In this document: piece after piece, positions 18,343 to 27,860 of the stretch
Layout: the number at the start of each line of letters is the position of its first letter
Numbering within the stretch: the stretch's first letter is position 1
DNA from: an uncultured Nitrospiraceae bacterium
GTDB taxonomy: Bacteria; Nitrospirota; Thermodesulfovibrionia; Thermodesulfovibrionales; Dissulfurispiraceae
Length of the DNA: 64,000 bases
Direction: 5' to 3'
Assembly: GCA_963705105.1 (NCBI GenBank)
Contig: CAVPIW010000010.1
Location: 160,001-224,000 of the forward strand
Program-made: the position numbers and the translations under genes
The notes under the pieces: generated by a model
The model's input: the letters and a program-made list of their open reading frames with translations, nothing else
Databases searched by the model: none
Told to the model about the DNA's origin: nothing

Positions 18343-18930
18343 ATGGACACGTTGCTCGGTTTGTTCATCGGCATCGGGCTGAGCGCAGCCTGCGGATTCA
18401 GGGTCTTTGTGCCGTTGCTCATTACAAGCGTCGCGGCCCAGAGCGGTCACCTGACCCTGTCGTCGGGATTTGACTGGATCGGCACCGGGCCCGCCGTCAT
18501 TGCCTTCGCAACGGCGACGGTCCTCGAGATCGCCGCCTACTACACCCCCTGGCTCGACAACCTCCTGGACAGCATCATGACACCGGCTGCAGCCATTGCG
18601 GGGACGATCCTCACGGCCTCTCTTGTCGGGGACCTTTCCCCCTTCCTGAAATGGTCACTGGCGATCATCGCCGGCGGCGGGACGGCCGCAGCCGTTCAGG
18701 CCGGGACTGTGATGACGAGAAGCGCCTCCCTCATGACGACGGGCGGCCTCGGAAACGGGCTTGTCGCGACGGCTGAGCTGTTCGGGTCCGCTGTTATCTC
18801 TTTCCTCGCCCTCTTTCTCCCCGTCGTCGTCATCATCATGGTCGTCCTGGCGCTCTCCTTCCTCGTGAGAAGGGCGGCAGGAAGGGAAAAAGCTCCCGCA
18901 CAGCTCGGGCAGACCCGCATGCTGCCCTGA
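18343..18930 (+). CDS. DUF4126 family membrane protein
   Basis: GIGLSAACGFRVFVPLL, LEIAAYYTPWLDNLLD, TTGGLGN. Confidence 0.85.
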   Translation: MDTLLGLFIGIGLSAACGFRVFVPLLITSVAAQSGHLTLSSGFDWIGTGPAVIAFATATVLEIAAYYTPWLDNLLDSIMTPAAAIAGTILTASLVGDLSPFLKWSLAIIAGGGTAAAVQAGTVMTRSASLMTTGGLGNGLVATAELFGSAVISFLALFLPVVVIIMVVLALSFLVRRAAGREKAPAQLGQTRMLP

Positions 18931-18948
18931 GACTTCAAAAATGTCATA

Positions 18949-19959
18949 ATGACAGCGGACGAAAAAACTGATTTCATGAAAGACAAACTGCGCGACATCG
19001 GCGCCACGAGGCTGAAGCATGTCGAGGGCGGAAATTTCGTCTGGATCAACATCGATAGTCCGGCTCCGGAGGTCGTCCGCAAACTGCCGGACATCTATCC
19101 TTTCCACCAGCTCGACATCGAAGACTGCCTGTCGAGGACTCAGCTTCCGAAAATCGATGAGTACCCGGACTATCTCTTCATCATCGTGCACTTCCCCCGC
19201 TATCTGAAAGAGAGGCGCTACTCGGTGGCGTCGCAGGTCTCGATCTTTCTCGGCAGGGACTTTCTCGTCACCATTCATACGGGCGAACTCAAGCCCATCA
19301 ACAGGCTCTTCGAGAGATGCAGGCAGGACGGGCCATCCGCCTCGGAGCTCCTGTCCCGGTCGTCGACCTTCCTGCTCTACAAGCTGCTCCAGGCCCTTGC
19401 AGGGAATCTCTTCCAGATGTCGGGCAAGATACTCTCCAACATCGAGACCATTGAGTCGAAGGTCTTTGACGAGAAGGTCGAGGCGACAAGAGAGGTCACG
19501 GAGCTCCGCCATGACATCGCGAACCTGAGGAAGACGGTCTTTCCCCTTAAGCGGGTGATTCACGATCTGGAGAAAAAGACGGAACGCTTTGCCGCCGAGG
19601 CCGGTCATCCGGGCATCGAGGTTGTGGATTACTTCGAAGCCCTCGCCGACTCCATTGACGCCGTCTGGTCCACCATCCAGGAGTGCAAGGAAATCATCGA
19701 GATCTACAAGGACACGGACTACATCATCAGCTCCGACAGGACCAACAAGATCCTGGCCCTGCTGACGATCGTCTTCACCTTCTCCATCCCCGCCACCGTC
19801 ATCGGCACCCTCTACGGGATGAACGTGAAACTTCCCGGCGGCTCCGAAAATGCCCTGACGTTCTTCGGCCCTTATACGACCTTCATCCTGATCGTCTCCG
19901 TCTCAGTCACCTCCGTTGTCACCATGTACCTTATTTTCAAAAAAATCAGGTGGCTCTGA
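18949..19959 (+). CDS. corA: CorA family Mg2+ transporter
   Basis: HQLDIED, QLPKIDEY, YGMN signature, two C-terminal TM helices. Confidence 0.92.
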   Translation: MTADEKTDFMKDKLRDIGATRLKHVEGGNFVWINIDSPAPEVVRKLPDIYPFHQLDIEDCLSRTQLPKIDEYPDYLFIIVHFPRYLKERRYSVASQVSIFLGRDFLVTIHTGELKPINRLFERCRQDGPSASELLSRSSTFLLYKLLQALAGNLFQMSGKILSNIETIESKVFDEKVEATREVTELRHDIANLRKTVFPLKRVIHDLEKKTERFAAEAGHPGIEVVDYFEALADSIDAVWSTIQECKEIIEIYKDTDYIISSDRTNKILALLTIVFTFSIPATVIGTLYGMNVKLPGGSENALTFFGPYTTFILIVSVSVTSVVTMYLIFKKIRWL

Positions 19960-20044
19960 TAATCCGAAGGAAGAGGGCGGCTGCACGGCCAGGTGGCGCA
20001 CATCGCAATCGCGCAGAGAGGGTCCCCGTCATTCGGGCTTCGGG

Positions 20045-21168
20045 CTACCGAATTGACCTGTAACCGCCGGGCACACCCCGCTTCGACATGACGATCTGCC
20101 AGACCTGCACGCTCCGGCAGCGAAAGGCCCCGGCGTCGCTGAGCAGATAGTACTTCCACATGCGGTAGAACCGGTCGTCGTAACGGTCCCTGATCTCCTG
20201 CCATCTCGAATCGAAATTCCCGAACCAGGCGAGGAGCGTGTGATCGTAATCCGAACCGATGTTCTGCCAGTCTTCGACGACAAAGGACTTCTCGGCGGCC
20301 GCTGCAATCTGCTTCATCGACGGGACGAGGGTGTTCGGGAAGATATACGCCTCCATCCAGGGATCAAAAGTGTTCTCCGTGTAATGCTTGCCGATTGTGT
20401 GCAGGAGGAACAGCCCTCCGTCCTTCAGGCATCTGTGAACAACCCTCATGTATGTTCGATAATTCCTGTGTCCCACGTGCTCGAACATGCCGACGGAGGC
20501 GACGTGATCGAAGGGCTCGTCGATGTCCCTGTAATCCTGAAGCCGAATCTCGACGGGGAGGCCCGCACAGAGTTCCCTGCCGAGCGATGCCTGTTCCTCG
20601 GAAACGGTTATCCCCACCGCTTTGACGCCGTAGCGCTCCGCGGCGTACTTGACGAGACTGCCCCACCCGCAGCCGATGTCGAGAAACCGGTCGCCCGGTT
20701 TCAGTCCGAGTTTCCTGCAGATGAGGTCGAGTTTCGCCTCCTGGGCATCATCGAGGTTGTCGGCCTGATCCCAATAGGCACAACTGTAGCACATCCTCCG
20801 GTCAAGCGTGATCTTGAATAGATCGTTCCCGGTGTCATAATGCTTCCGTCCCCACCTGATAGGCCCGCGATTTCCTGCCGAGATTGAAGATGCGCGATCT
20901 GAGGCCAAGGTAGAGCAGCTTCACCGATCCCTTGATTTTTGCGCTCGGGATTCGTGGGGATGATCCTCGAGAAGAACTCGTCGAGGCGGTCGCATTCCCA
21001 CCAGCCGTCCATGTACGATTCACCGAGGCCGAGACTCCCGTCAAAGAGGACGCGCCTGTAGAAGCGATCATCCCTGACGGTTATGTCCCAAGGATTCCGG
21101 CCGTTGACCCTAATCCCCGCCTGTGCCAGAATCGTCTCTATAAGCCTCTTCGCTGACTCGTGAGCCAT
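20045..21168 (-). CDS. cfa: Cyclopropane fatty acyl phospholipid synthase with two +1 homopolymer frameshifts (about 20938 and 20851), probably sequencing errors
   Basis: GSLGLGESYMDGWW, then after correction ...PERKIKGSVKLL...RAYQVGRKHYDTGNDLF, LDIGCGWG, SVGMFEHVG, FYRMWKYYL. Confidence 0.85.
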
Positions 21169-21425
21169 GATCCCTGACCACGCAAATTTTCCCGCCGAAC
21201 GTGAGTGTCCGCAATTTCCGCACATCAGGGGGACTAACGTTTTGCCTCAGTTCGGCATGTTTACATAATGGATTTTTGTACACCCTTCGGTCTCTCCCTG
21301 CTGCATCGCTTTCCATCGTATACTTACTGGCAGAACGGCTTTGTTGCCAATAGCATCCTAATCAACAAATAGCAGATTATCGAGGGCTTTTCCAATTATA
21401 ATTGCTAATAGATTAATTAATTCTG

Positions 21426-21482
21426 CTGATATATCAGAATCAGTCAGCCCCGGTTGACAACGTGCATTTCTGCGCCTATACT
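21426..21482 (+). promoter_or_regulatory. Sigma-70 promoter with upstream palindromic operator
   Basis: TTGACA (21454) - 17 bp - TATACT (21477); perfect palindrome CTGATATATCAG at 21426-21437. Confidence 0.65.
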
Positions 21483-21498
21483 GATAAAAACAGTCAAT

Positions 21499-21713
21499 CA
21501 ACCTTATTGTTGCAATACACTGAAAGGCGGGGCGAAGCGCTCTGAAAAACAGTGTCAGTGTGAGCGTCAGTATCAGTCAAAAAGGCTCACTTTTCGGCCA
21601 ATGGTCTTGAACGAGTGATCTAAACTAATCTGATGAGGGTATGTGTCGCCGCAGCAAGGTTTTCGGCGCATACGCCCCGCCTTTCCCGGGAGGTATTGCA
21701 ACGATAAGGTCAA
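21499..21713. repeat. MITE-like repeat copy with clear inverted termini
   Basis: Ends AACCTTATTGTTGCAATAC and GTATTGCAACGATAAGGT; inner arms AAAGGCGGGGCG / CGCCCCGCCTTT; CAGTGT hexamers inside. Confidence 0.8.
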
Positions 21714-21740
21714 CATTAGGCTTGAGTCAAGGAGCAGGTA

Positions 21741-22211
21741 ATGGCTTCGACGTTTTCCCTGACAGTAAACGGCAAAAAGCACGTTGTGGATGCTGATCCC
21801 GACACGCCGTTGCTGTACGTGCTTCGCAACGACCTTGGGCTGAACGGTCCGAAATTCGGCTGCGGCCTCGGCCAGTGCGGGTCCTGCACGGTCATCATGG
21901 ACGGCCTGGCCGTTCATTCCTGCACGATGCCCGTCTCCAGGGCCGCGGGGCGAAACATCCTGACGCTGGAAGGGCTCGGCTCAGCCGAAAAGCCCCATCC
22001 TTTGCAGAAGGCCTTCATCGGGGAGCAGGCAGCACAGTGCGGTTATTGCGTCAACGGCATGATCATGAAGAGCAAGGCCCTGCTTGACGCAACTCCCGAA
22101 CCGAGTGATGAGGAGATCCGCATGGCCTTGACGTCGAATCTCTGCCGGTGCGGCGTTCATAACAACATCATCCGCGCGGTCCGGCGAGCAGCCGGGGAGA
22201 TGAAGAGATGA
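21741..22211 (+). CDS. (2Fe-2S)-binding small subunit of a xanthine dehydrogenase family Mo-hydroxylase (CoxS/IorA-like)
   Basis: KFGCGLGQCGSC, QCGYC, NLCRCG. Confidence 0.93.
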   Translation: MASTFSLTVNGKKHVVDADPDTPLLYVLRNDLGLNGPKFGCGLGQCGSCTVIMDGLAVHSCTMPVSRAAGRNILTLEGLGSAEKPHPLQKAFIGEQAAQCGYCVNGMIMKSKALLDATPEPSDEEIRMALTSNLCRCGVHNNIIRAVRRAAGEMKR

Positions 22212-24421
22212 CGGACTATCTGCTTACACGCCGGGAGTTCGGCAAAACAGCGGCGGGTATTTTTGTCACCTTCACATTGGCGCCGGAGCTTGCGTGGCCC
22301 GCCGAGGAAGGACTGCCCGGCAACCTCGGCAAGGCGCCCGTGCTGGACGCATGGCTTCTCATCGATCAGGACGGGAGGGTCACGATATTTACGGGGAAAG
22401 TGGAGCTGGGACAGGGCATTCTGACCGCACTCAGCCAGATGGCAGCCGAAGAACTGGATGTGTCTCTGTCGCGCATCAGGATGGTCTCCGGTGACACCCG
22501 CCTGACCCCTGATGAAGGATACACAGCCGGCAGCCAGTCTGTCGAGTACAGCGGGACGGCGATCCGTTATGCCTGCGCGGAGGCCCGTTCGGTCCTTCTC
22601 GAAAAGGCATCTGCCCGTCTCGGCGTTCCTGCTGACCGGCTCAAAACGGCTGACGGCGCAGTCATTGCGCCTGACGGCGGGAAACTGACCTATGGCGAGA
22701 TCGCGAAAGCGACCCTGCACCACAAAGCGACGGCAAAGGTACCCCCGAAACCTGCCAAGGAGCACGGCATCGTCGGAAAGCCGGTAAGCCGCATCGACAT
22801 CCCCCCGAAGGTGACAGGCGGTCCCGCATTCGTTCAGGACATGCGTATGCCCGGCATGGTTTTCGGCCGCATCGTCCGTCTGCCGGGCCCCCGTGACAGG
22901 CTCGAAGAAGTCGATACGTCTGCAGTACAACGCATGCCCGGCGTCCTGGCCGTCGTGCGTGACGGCAGCTTCCTGGGCGTTGTCGCAGCCCGGGAGGAGC
23001 AGGCGATCGCAGCCCGCGAGGCCCTGAGAAAGTCCGCGAAATGGCGGATTGCAGGGGACCTGCCGGACCCGGCCAAAATCCACCTCTGGCTGAAACAGCA
23101 GGCGGCCGAGGACACGATCATCAGCGAGAAGAAGGCACTGGATACCCCTCCGATTATCCGCCGCATCGATGGCACCTATACGAAACGACACGTGGCGCAC
23201 GCATCTCTTGGTCCGTCCTGTGCCGTCGCCGAGATGAAAGACGGCACACTCCGCATCTGGTCGCACACGCAGGGCGTCTATCCCCTCCGTCGCGACATCT
23301 CCGTCGCCATGAAGATGGACCCCACGGCCGTAATCATCTCACATGTCGAGGGGGCGGGCTGTTACGGCCATAACGGCGCAGACGACGTGGCCCTGGATGC
23401 CGCCCTTTTAGCGCGCGCCGTGCCGGGCCGCCCGGTGAAGGTCCAGTGGATGAGGGACGATGAATTCGCCTGGGAGCCCTTCGGGTCAGCAATGGTGATG
23501 CAGGTCTCGGCGGGCCTCGCCGCTGACGGGACGATCGCCGACTGGCAGTACGAACTCTGGAGCAACGCTCACAGTACCCGTCCGGGCCGGCAGGGAGGCG
23601 TGAACCTGCTGGCGGCATGGCACCTCGGCGATCCCATGAGCCCGGCACCGCTCCAGTCCATTCCCCTGCCCGCGGGGGGACCGGACCGCAATGCCGTGCC
23701 GATCTATGACTTTCCGAATCAGAAGATCGTAAGACATCTTGTCAGGGAGATGCCCCTTCGCACATCGGCGCTCCGTGCGCTTGGAGCTTATGCAAATGTC
23801 TTCGCGATGGAGTGTTTCATGGACGAACTGGCCGGGGCTGCCGGCATGGATCCCGTCGACTTCCGGCTCCGGCACCTGAAGGACCCCCGTGCCAGGGCCG
23901 TCATCGAAACAGCGGCTGTCAAAGCGTCATGGAAAAGCGGCTTCAAGAGCGACGGCAGGCGCGGTCGGGGCCTCGGTTTTGCCAAGTACAAAAATCTTTC
24001 CTGTTATGTCGCCTGCGTCGCCGACGTCGACGTGGACCGAAAAACAGGACTGGTCAGCGTCCGCCGCGTCGTCGCAGCGGCTGATGCCGGGCAGATCATC
24101 AACCCGAAAGGTCTCGAGATGCAGATTGAGGGAGGTATCATCCAGTCCGTGAGCTGGACCCTGAAAGAATCGGTCACCTTCGATCGAAGGGCGGTCACTT
24201 CCCGTGACTGGTCCGACTACCCCATCCTCACCTTTCCGGAAGTGCCAAAGGTCGACGTTCACCTGCTGGACAGGCCGGACGAAAAGCCCCTCGGCAGCGG
24301 CGAGGCGTCGCAGGGTCCCACTGCTGCCGCTGTCGCCAACGCCGTCAGCTCCGCCCTTGGCCGCCGCGTCCGCGACCTGCCTCTTTCCCCCGAGCGCATC
24401 AAACAGGCAATGGGGTCTTAA
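22208..24421 (+). CDS. Molybdopterin-binding large subunit (IorB/nicotinate dehydrogenase-like), Tat-type N-terminus
   Basis: TRREF twin-arginine motif, GKVELGQG, GAGCYGHNG, QIEGG, GSGEASQGP. Confidence 0.9.
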   Translation: MTDYLLTRREFGKTAAGIFVTFTLAPELAWPAEEGLPGNLGKAPVLDAWLLIDQDGRVTIFTGKVELGQGILTALSQMAAEELDVSLSRIRMVSGDTRLTPDEGYTAGSQSVEYSGTAIRYACAEARSVLLEKASARLGVPADRLKTADGAVIAPDGGKLTYGEIAKATLHHKATAKVPPKPAKEHGIVGKPVSRIDIPPKVTGGPAFVQDMRMPGMVFGRIVRLPGPRDRLEEVDTSAVQRMPGVLAVVRDGSFLGVVAAREEQAIAAREALRKSAKWRIAGDLPDPAKIHLWLKQQAAEDTIISEKKALDTPPIIRRIDGTYTKRHVAHASLGPSCAVAEMKDGTLRIWSHTQGVYPLRRDISVAMKMDPTAVIISHVEGAGCYGHNGADDVALDAALLARAVPGRPVKVQWMRDDEFAWEPFGSAMVMQVSAGLAADGTIADWQYELWSNAHSTRPGRQGGVNLLAAWHLGDPMSPAPLQSIPLPAGGPDRNAVPIYDFPNQKIVRHLVREMPLRTSALRALGAYANVFAMECFMDELAGAAGMDPVDFRLRHLKDPRARAVIETAAVKASWKSGFKSDGRRGRGLGFAKYKNLSCYVACVADVDVDRKTGLVSVRRVVAAADAGQIINPKGLEMQIEGGIIQSVSWTLKESVTFDRRAVTSRDWSDYPILTFPEVPKVDVHLLDRPDEKPLGSGEASQGPTAAAVANAVSSALGRRVRDLPLSPERIKQAMGS

Positions 24422-24702
24422 CAAGGAGGCCTCGCCTCCCTTTCATGATCACCGAAAGATGGACGTGCCTTTCATTGCCGCTTAATTCCTTATACGACCG
24501 AAGAAGGAGAGACGAAACCGGACGTGAATCTCGTCAATGAGACCCTGTGGCTAATACAAAGACAGATGAATGGGCTGTTTTCAAAAGGATGTGCGGATAA
24601 TCAGCGTGCAATCCGGAATGTCTTTGTCGCGAGAGAACTGGCTGCAGCATCAGCTATCCGGAATTTCCGGATAGTTCAAACATGAAAGCAAACTGCCCTC
24701 GC

Positions 24703-24993
24703 TCAACGCGCCCGAGCAAGCTCTTCCTTCAGAATGCGCCGAAGGGTCTTTTCCAGTTCCTCGCGGTGAATAGACTCCTTAAGGGCCTCATTGATCAGTG
24801 TCTGATAGCCCCGCTCGCCGGCCTTGGCCTTGAAGAAGGAGATTATACCGGTATCCAGCATGATGTTCACCCTCTGTTTGCGCGGCACCTCCTGAAGATT
24901 GACGCGGAATCTCGCGCGTTTCATATCCGCCTGCGTGATTTCCGGATATTCATCGAAGTCTTCAGAGATTTTCGAAGACGTTTTCTTGCTCAT
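24703..24993 (-). CDS. BrnA family antitoxin
   Basis: KQRVNIMLD...FFKAKAGERGYQTLINEALK ribbon-helix-helix pattern. Confidence 0.8.
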   Translation of the reverse strand: MSKKTSSKISEDFDEYPEITQADMKRARFRVNLQEVPRKQRVNIMLDTGIISFFKAKAGERGYQTLINEALKESIHREELEKTLRRILKEELARAR

Positions 24994-25025
24994 TTTCTGC
25001 GCCTTTTCTCATGGAATTTATTCAG
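24962..25025 (-). pseudogene. C-terminal remnant of a BrnT toxin
   Basis: Overlapping frame reads INSMRKGAENEQENVFENL*, like the BrnT tail RIISxRKAxxxE; rest of gene absent. Confidence 0.45.
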
Positions 25026-25216
25026 GTTCGTCTTTCGCTTCGCCTCATCCCACAGGAAACGCATAATTTTATTATGCATATATTCATACACATCGCAACA
25101 TTTCGGAAGGAGGGAGGAATACCTGCGGAAACGGATTGCTCCCTTCTTCTAAAAAGCGTTGAAATAAAATTGAATCTGTACGCTGAGCAGGTGAGAATTG
25201 CGCGGAGAGAAAAAAT

Positions 25217-25261
25217 TGTAACATTCCTGTAACATTCCTGTAACATTGGAAATGGTATGCT
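25217..25261 (+). promoter_or_regulatory. Pho-box-like promoter 1
   Basis: TGTAACATT at 25217, 25228, 25239 (11-bp period); TGG-TATGCT -10 at 25256. Confidence 0.8.
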
Positions 25262-25290
25262 TATCTAATTTCAAAGTGAGGTGTCATTCA

Positions 25291-25500
25291 ATGGAGAAGA
25301 GCTACCTCTTGTGCCCCTACCTGAAAGGATCCGTCGACGGCGCCCTCTGCAATGTTGTCAGGGATTTCATCAAGAAAATGGATGATGTGGACATCCGCAT
25401 GTGCATGGGCAGGCATTTCGAGTCCTGCTATTTCTACCATATGAAGATCAGGAGCGCCATTGCCGCCCATTCCTGCGGGCCCGCGCTCGAACTCAACTGA
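25291..25500 (+). CDS. Small four-Cys protein, paralog 1
   Basis: GAGGTG RBS; CPYLKGSVDGALC-x17-C-x7-CYFY. Confidence 0.7.
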   Translation: MEKSYLLCPYLKGSVDGALCNVVRDFIKKMDDVDIRMCMGRHFESCYFYHMKIRSAIAAHSCGPALELN

Positions 25501-25556
25501 AGGGTCTTTCGAAAACTGAATAATCTCCTTTTTTCCCGGGGAATCGCCGCGTCATC

Positions 25557-26792
25557 ATGAACTCCCGATTCCTCTGGGGGGTTGCAACCTCCGCTTTTCA
25601 GCTCGAAGGCTCCCCTTATGCCGACTGGTCGTCCTGGGACCTCTCCGTCGGTGACAACCCCGACATCACGGACCATTACAACCTCTACCGGCAGGACCTT
25701 CGCCTGCTCAGGGCCCTCGGGGTCAACGCCTATCGCTTCTCTCTCGAATGGAGCAGAATCCAACCCGGTCAGGACGCCTGGGACCGGAAGGCCATCGACC
25801 ATTACCAGGAGATGATCGACATCCTCAACGACCACGGCATCGAGCCCATGGTCACGATCCACCACTTCACCCATCCCCTCTGGTTCATACAGCGGTACCC
25901 CTGGCACGACGACAAATCCGTCGACTGGTTCCTCCGGTACGTCGACAGGCTTATGGCGTCGGTCCGGGACGTCAAATACTGGATCACCTTCAACGAGCCC
26001 TACGTGCTCCTCCTCGGCGGCTATCTCGAAGGGTGCATGCCGCCCGGCCTGAGAGATGCGGACCTCGCCCTTGCGGCCCTGAAAAACATTCTGACATGCC
26101 ATGGACGTGCCTATGAGATCATTCACAGCCGCCGTCCCGACGCGCTGGTGAGCGTCGCCCACAACATGGCCGCCCTCGCTCCCTGGCGCCGGTGGAACCC
26201 CCTCGACAGGGCACTTGCAACGATTGCCGGCTCCTTCTACAACCACTCCCTGCTCGACGCGTTCAAGTCCGGCAGCGTCCACGTGAAATTCCCCTTCCGC
26301 AAGGCCACCGACATGATGGTGCCGATTCAGGGGAAGCTCGATTTTTTCGGCATCAACTATTACACCAGGGTGCACCTGCGGTTCAATCCCCTGAAAAAGA
26401 TGGGCGTCGAACTCCGGCACAGGGATATCGACGGATACGGCCTGACGGACCTCGGATGGGAAATCCATCCCCATGGCCTCGATCATGTCATCAGGCAGGC
26501 ATCGGGTCTCGGCGTTCCCATGATGATCACCGAGAACGGCATTGCCACCCATGACAGTCGGAAGAAGATACGGTTCATGAAGCGCCACGTGGACGTCATT
26601 GAAAAATGCATAAAGAAGGGATTCGACATCAGGGGATATTTTTACTGGTCCCTCATCGACAACTACGAGTGGCTCCAGGGTCTCGATGCCCGGTTCGGCT
26701 TGTACACCGTCGATTACTCGACCCTCCGGCGCCGTCCCACCACGGCAGCCACATACTATTCCTATCTCATCAGAAGCAGGTCTTTCACGTAG
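25557..26792 (+). CDS. Glycoside hydrolase family 1
   Basis: FLWGVATSAFQLEG, YRFSLEWSRI, TFNEP acid/base, ITENG nucleophile, WSLIDNYEW. Confidence 0.93.
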   Translation: MNSRFLWGVATSAFQLEGSPYADWSSWDLSVGDNPDITDHYNLYRQDLRLLRALGVNAYRFSLEWSRIQPGQDAWDRKAIDHYQEMIDILNDHGIEPMVTIHHFTHPLWFIQRYPWHDDKSVDWFLRYVDRLMASVRDVKYWITFNEPYVLLLGGYLEGCMPPGLRDADLALAALKNILTCHGRAYEIIHSRRPDALVSVAHNMAALAPWRRWNPLDRALATIAGSFYNHSLLDAFKSGSVHVKFPFRKATDMMVPIQGKLDFFGINYYTRVHLRFNPLKKMGVELRHRDIDGYGLTDLGWEIHPHGLDHVIRQASGLGVPMMITENGIATHDSRKKIRFMKRHVDVIEKCIKKGFDIRGYFYWSLIDNYEWLQGLDARFGLYTVDYSTLRRRPTTAATYYSYLIRSRSFT

Positions 26793-26848
26793 TCCCGTTC
26801 CTTCAGGCGTCTTATCAATATCGATCGCCAGACCACCTATCCACGTCC

Positions 26849-26926
26849 CGCAACACACCTGTAATCAAGTCTTCTTCATTTCGTAACCGCCTCTTAATCC
26901 TGCCGTAACCAAGACTTTTGTATCAT
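26849..26926 (+). promoter_or_regulatory. Pho-box-like promoter 2
   Basis: CGCAAC 26849, TGTAAT 26860, CGTAAC 26882, CTTAAT 26893, CGTAAC 26904; TATCAT at 26921. Confidence 0.7.
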
Positions 26927-26934
26927 GCAGACAG

Positions 26935-27627
26935 ATGCTGCTTTGCGACTTTCACATTCACACCACTTATTCCGACGGCCTCGTCGACCTGAGGAGGACC
27001 GTCGATCTTTTCGGCCAGGCAGGTTTCGACGTCATCGCCATTACGGACCATGTGGTGAGCAGCAACGGGTCCTTCGGCAAGCTCGCCCGGACGTTCAAAT
27101 TCAGCGTCGATGAGCATAATTTCGGACGGTACGTGGAGCACATCCGCAAAGAGGCAGAGCGGGCCTGGACCAAATACGGCCTCCTGATCATCCCCGGCAT
27201 CGAGATCACAAAAAACTCTATCTCGGCGGAAAACTCGGCGCACATCCTGATCATCGACATCAAGGATTTCATTCCCGCCTCCTGGGGATACGATGAGATC
27301 TTTCAGGAGGCGAAGAGGCAGGACGCCCTCAGCATCGCCTGCCACCCCCACTACATGTCGGAATTCGCAGTCCGCGACACCCTCTATCTCTGGAAAAACC
27401 GTGACAAGTACGCTCCTCACATCGATGCCTGGGAGATCGCCAACAGGGATGACGTGTTCAACGTCATCAGCCTCAAGAAATACCCCTATATCGCCGGCAG
27501 CGATTTTCACCGTCCGCGCCATCTCTATTCATGGAAGACGCTGCTGAACTGCGACAAGGATGTGGAGTCCGTGAAACAGTGCATCCGCCACAACAGGGGC
27601 GTTGCCATCACTCTCTTCAGAAAATGA
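26935..27627 (+). CDS. PHP domain phosphoesterase
   Basis: DFHIHTTYSDG, AITDH, IPGIEIT, CHP, GSDFH. Confidence 0.9.
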   Translation: MLLCDFHIHTTYSDGLVDLRRTVDLFGQAGFDVIAITDHVVSSNGSFGKLARTFKFSVDEHNFGRYVEHIRKEAERAWTKYGLLIIPGIEITKNSISAENSAHILIIDIKDFIPASWGYDEIFQEAKRQDALSIACHPHYMSEFAVRDTLYLWKNRDKYAPHIDAWEIANRDDVFNVISLKKYPYIAGSDFHRPRHLYSWKTLLNCDKDVESVKQCIRHNRGVAITLFRK

Positions 27628-27843
27628 ACGCTGTAGTTGCATACAAAGGCGGGGCGAAGCGCCTCAAAGCCTTGCTGAAGGCGACGATACGCATTGTCAG
27701 CTTCGTGTTTCAGGATTCCACTCTTTGTGTTATCGACCATTGGTGTAAAGTTCGTCTGCCCTTTCGATACAGGTGTCGCCGCAGCAAGGTTTTCGGCGCA
27801 TGCACCCCGCCTTTCCGGGAAGCGCATGCAACGATAAGGTGAA
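27628..27843. repeat. MITE-like repeat copy
   Basis: GTAGTTGCATACAAAGGCGGGGCGAAGCGCCTCAAAGCCTTGCTG...CCCCGCCTTTCCGGGAAGCGCATGCAACGATAAGGT. Confidence 0.85.
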
Positions 27844-27860
27844 TAAATGAAGGAGGTCCC

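Noticed and set aside
20845..20945. Programmed frameshifting or phase variation in cfa (also at about 31789 and 38688)
   Set aside because: Single-base indels in short homopolymers across unrelated genes point to long-read consensus errors; needs a read-level check.
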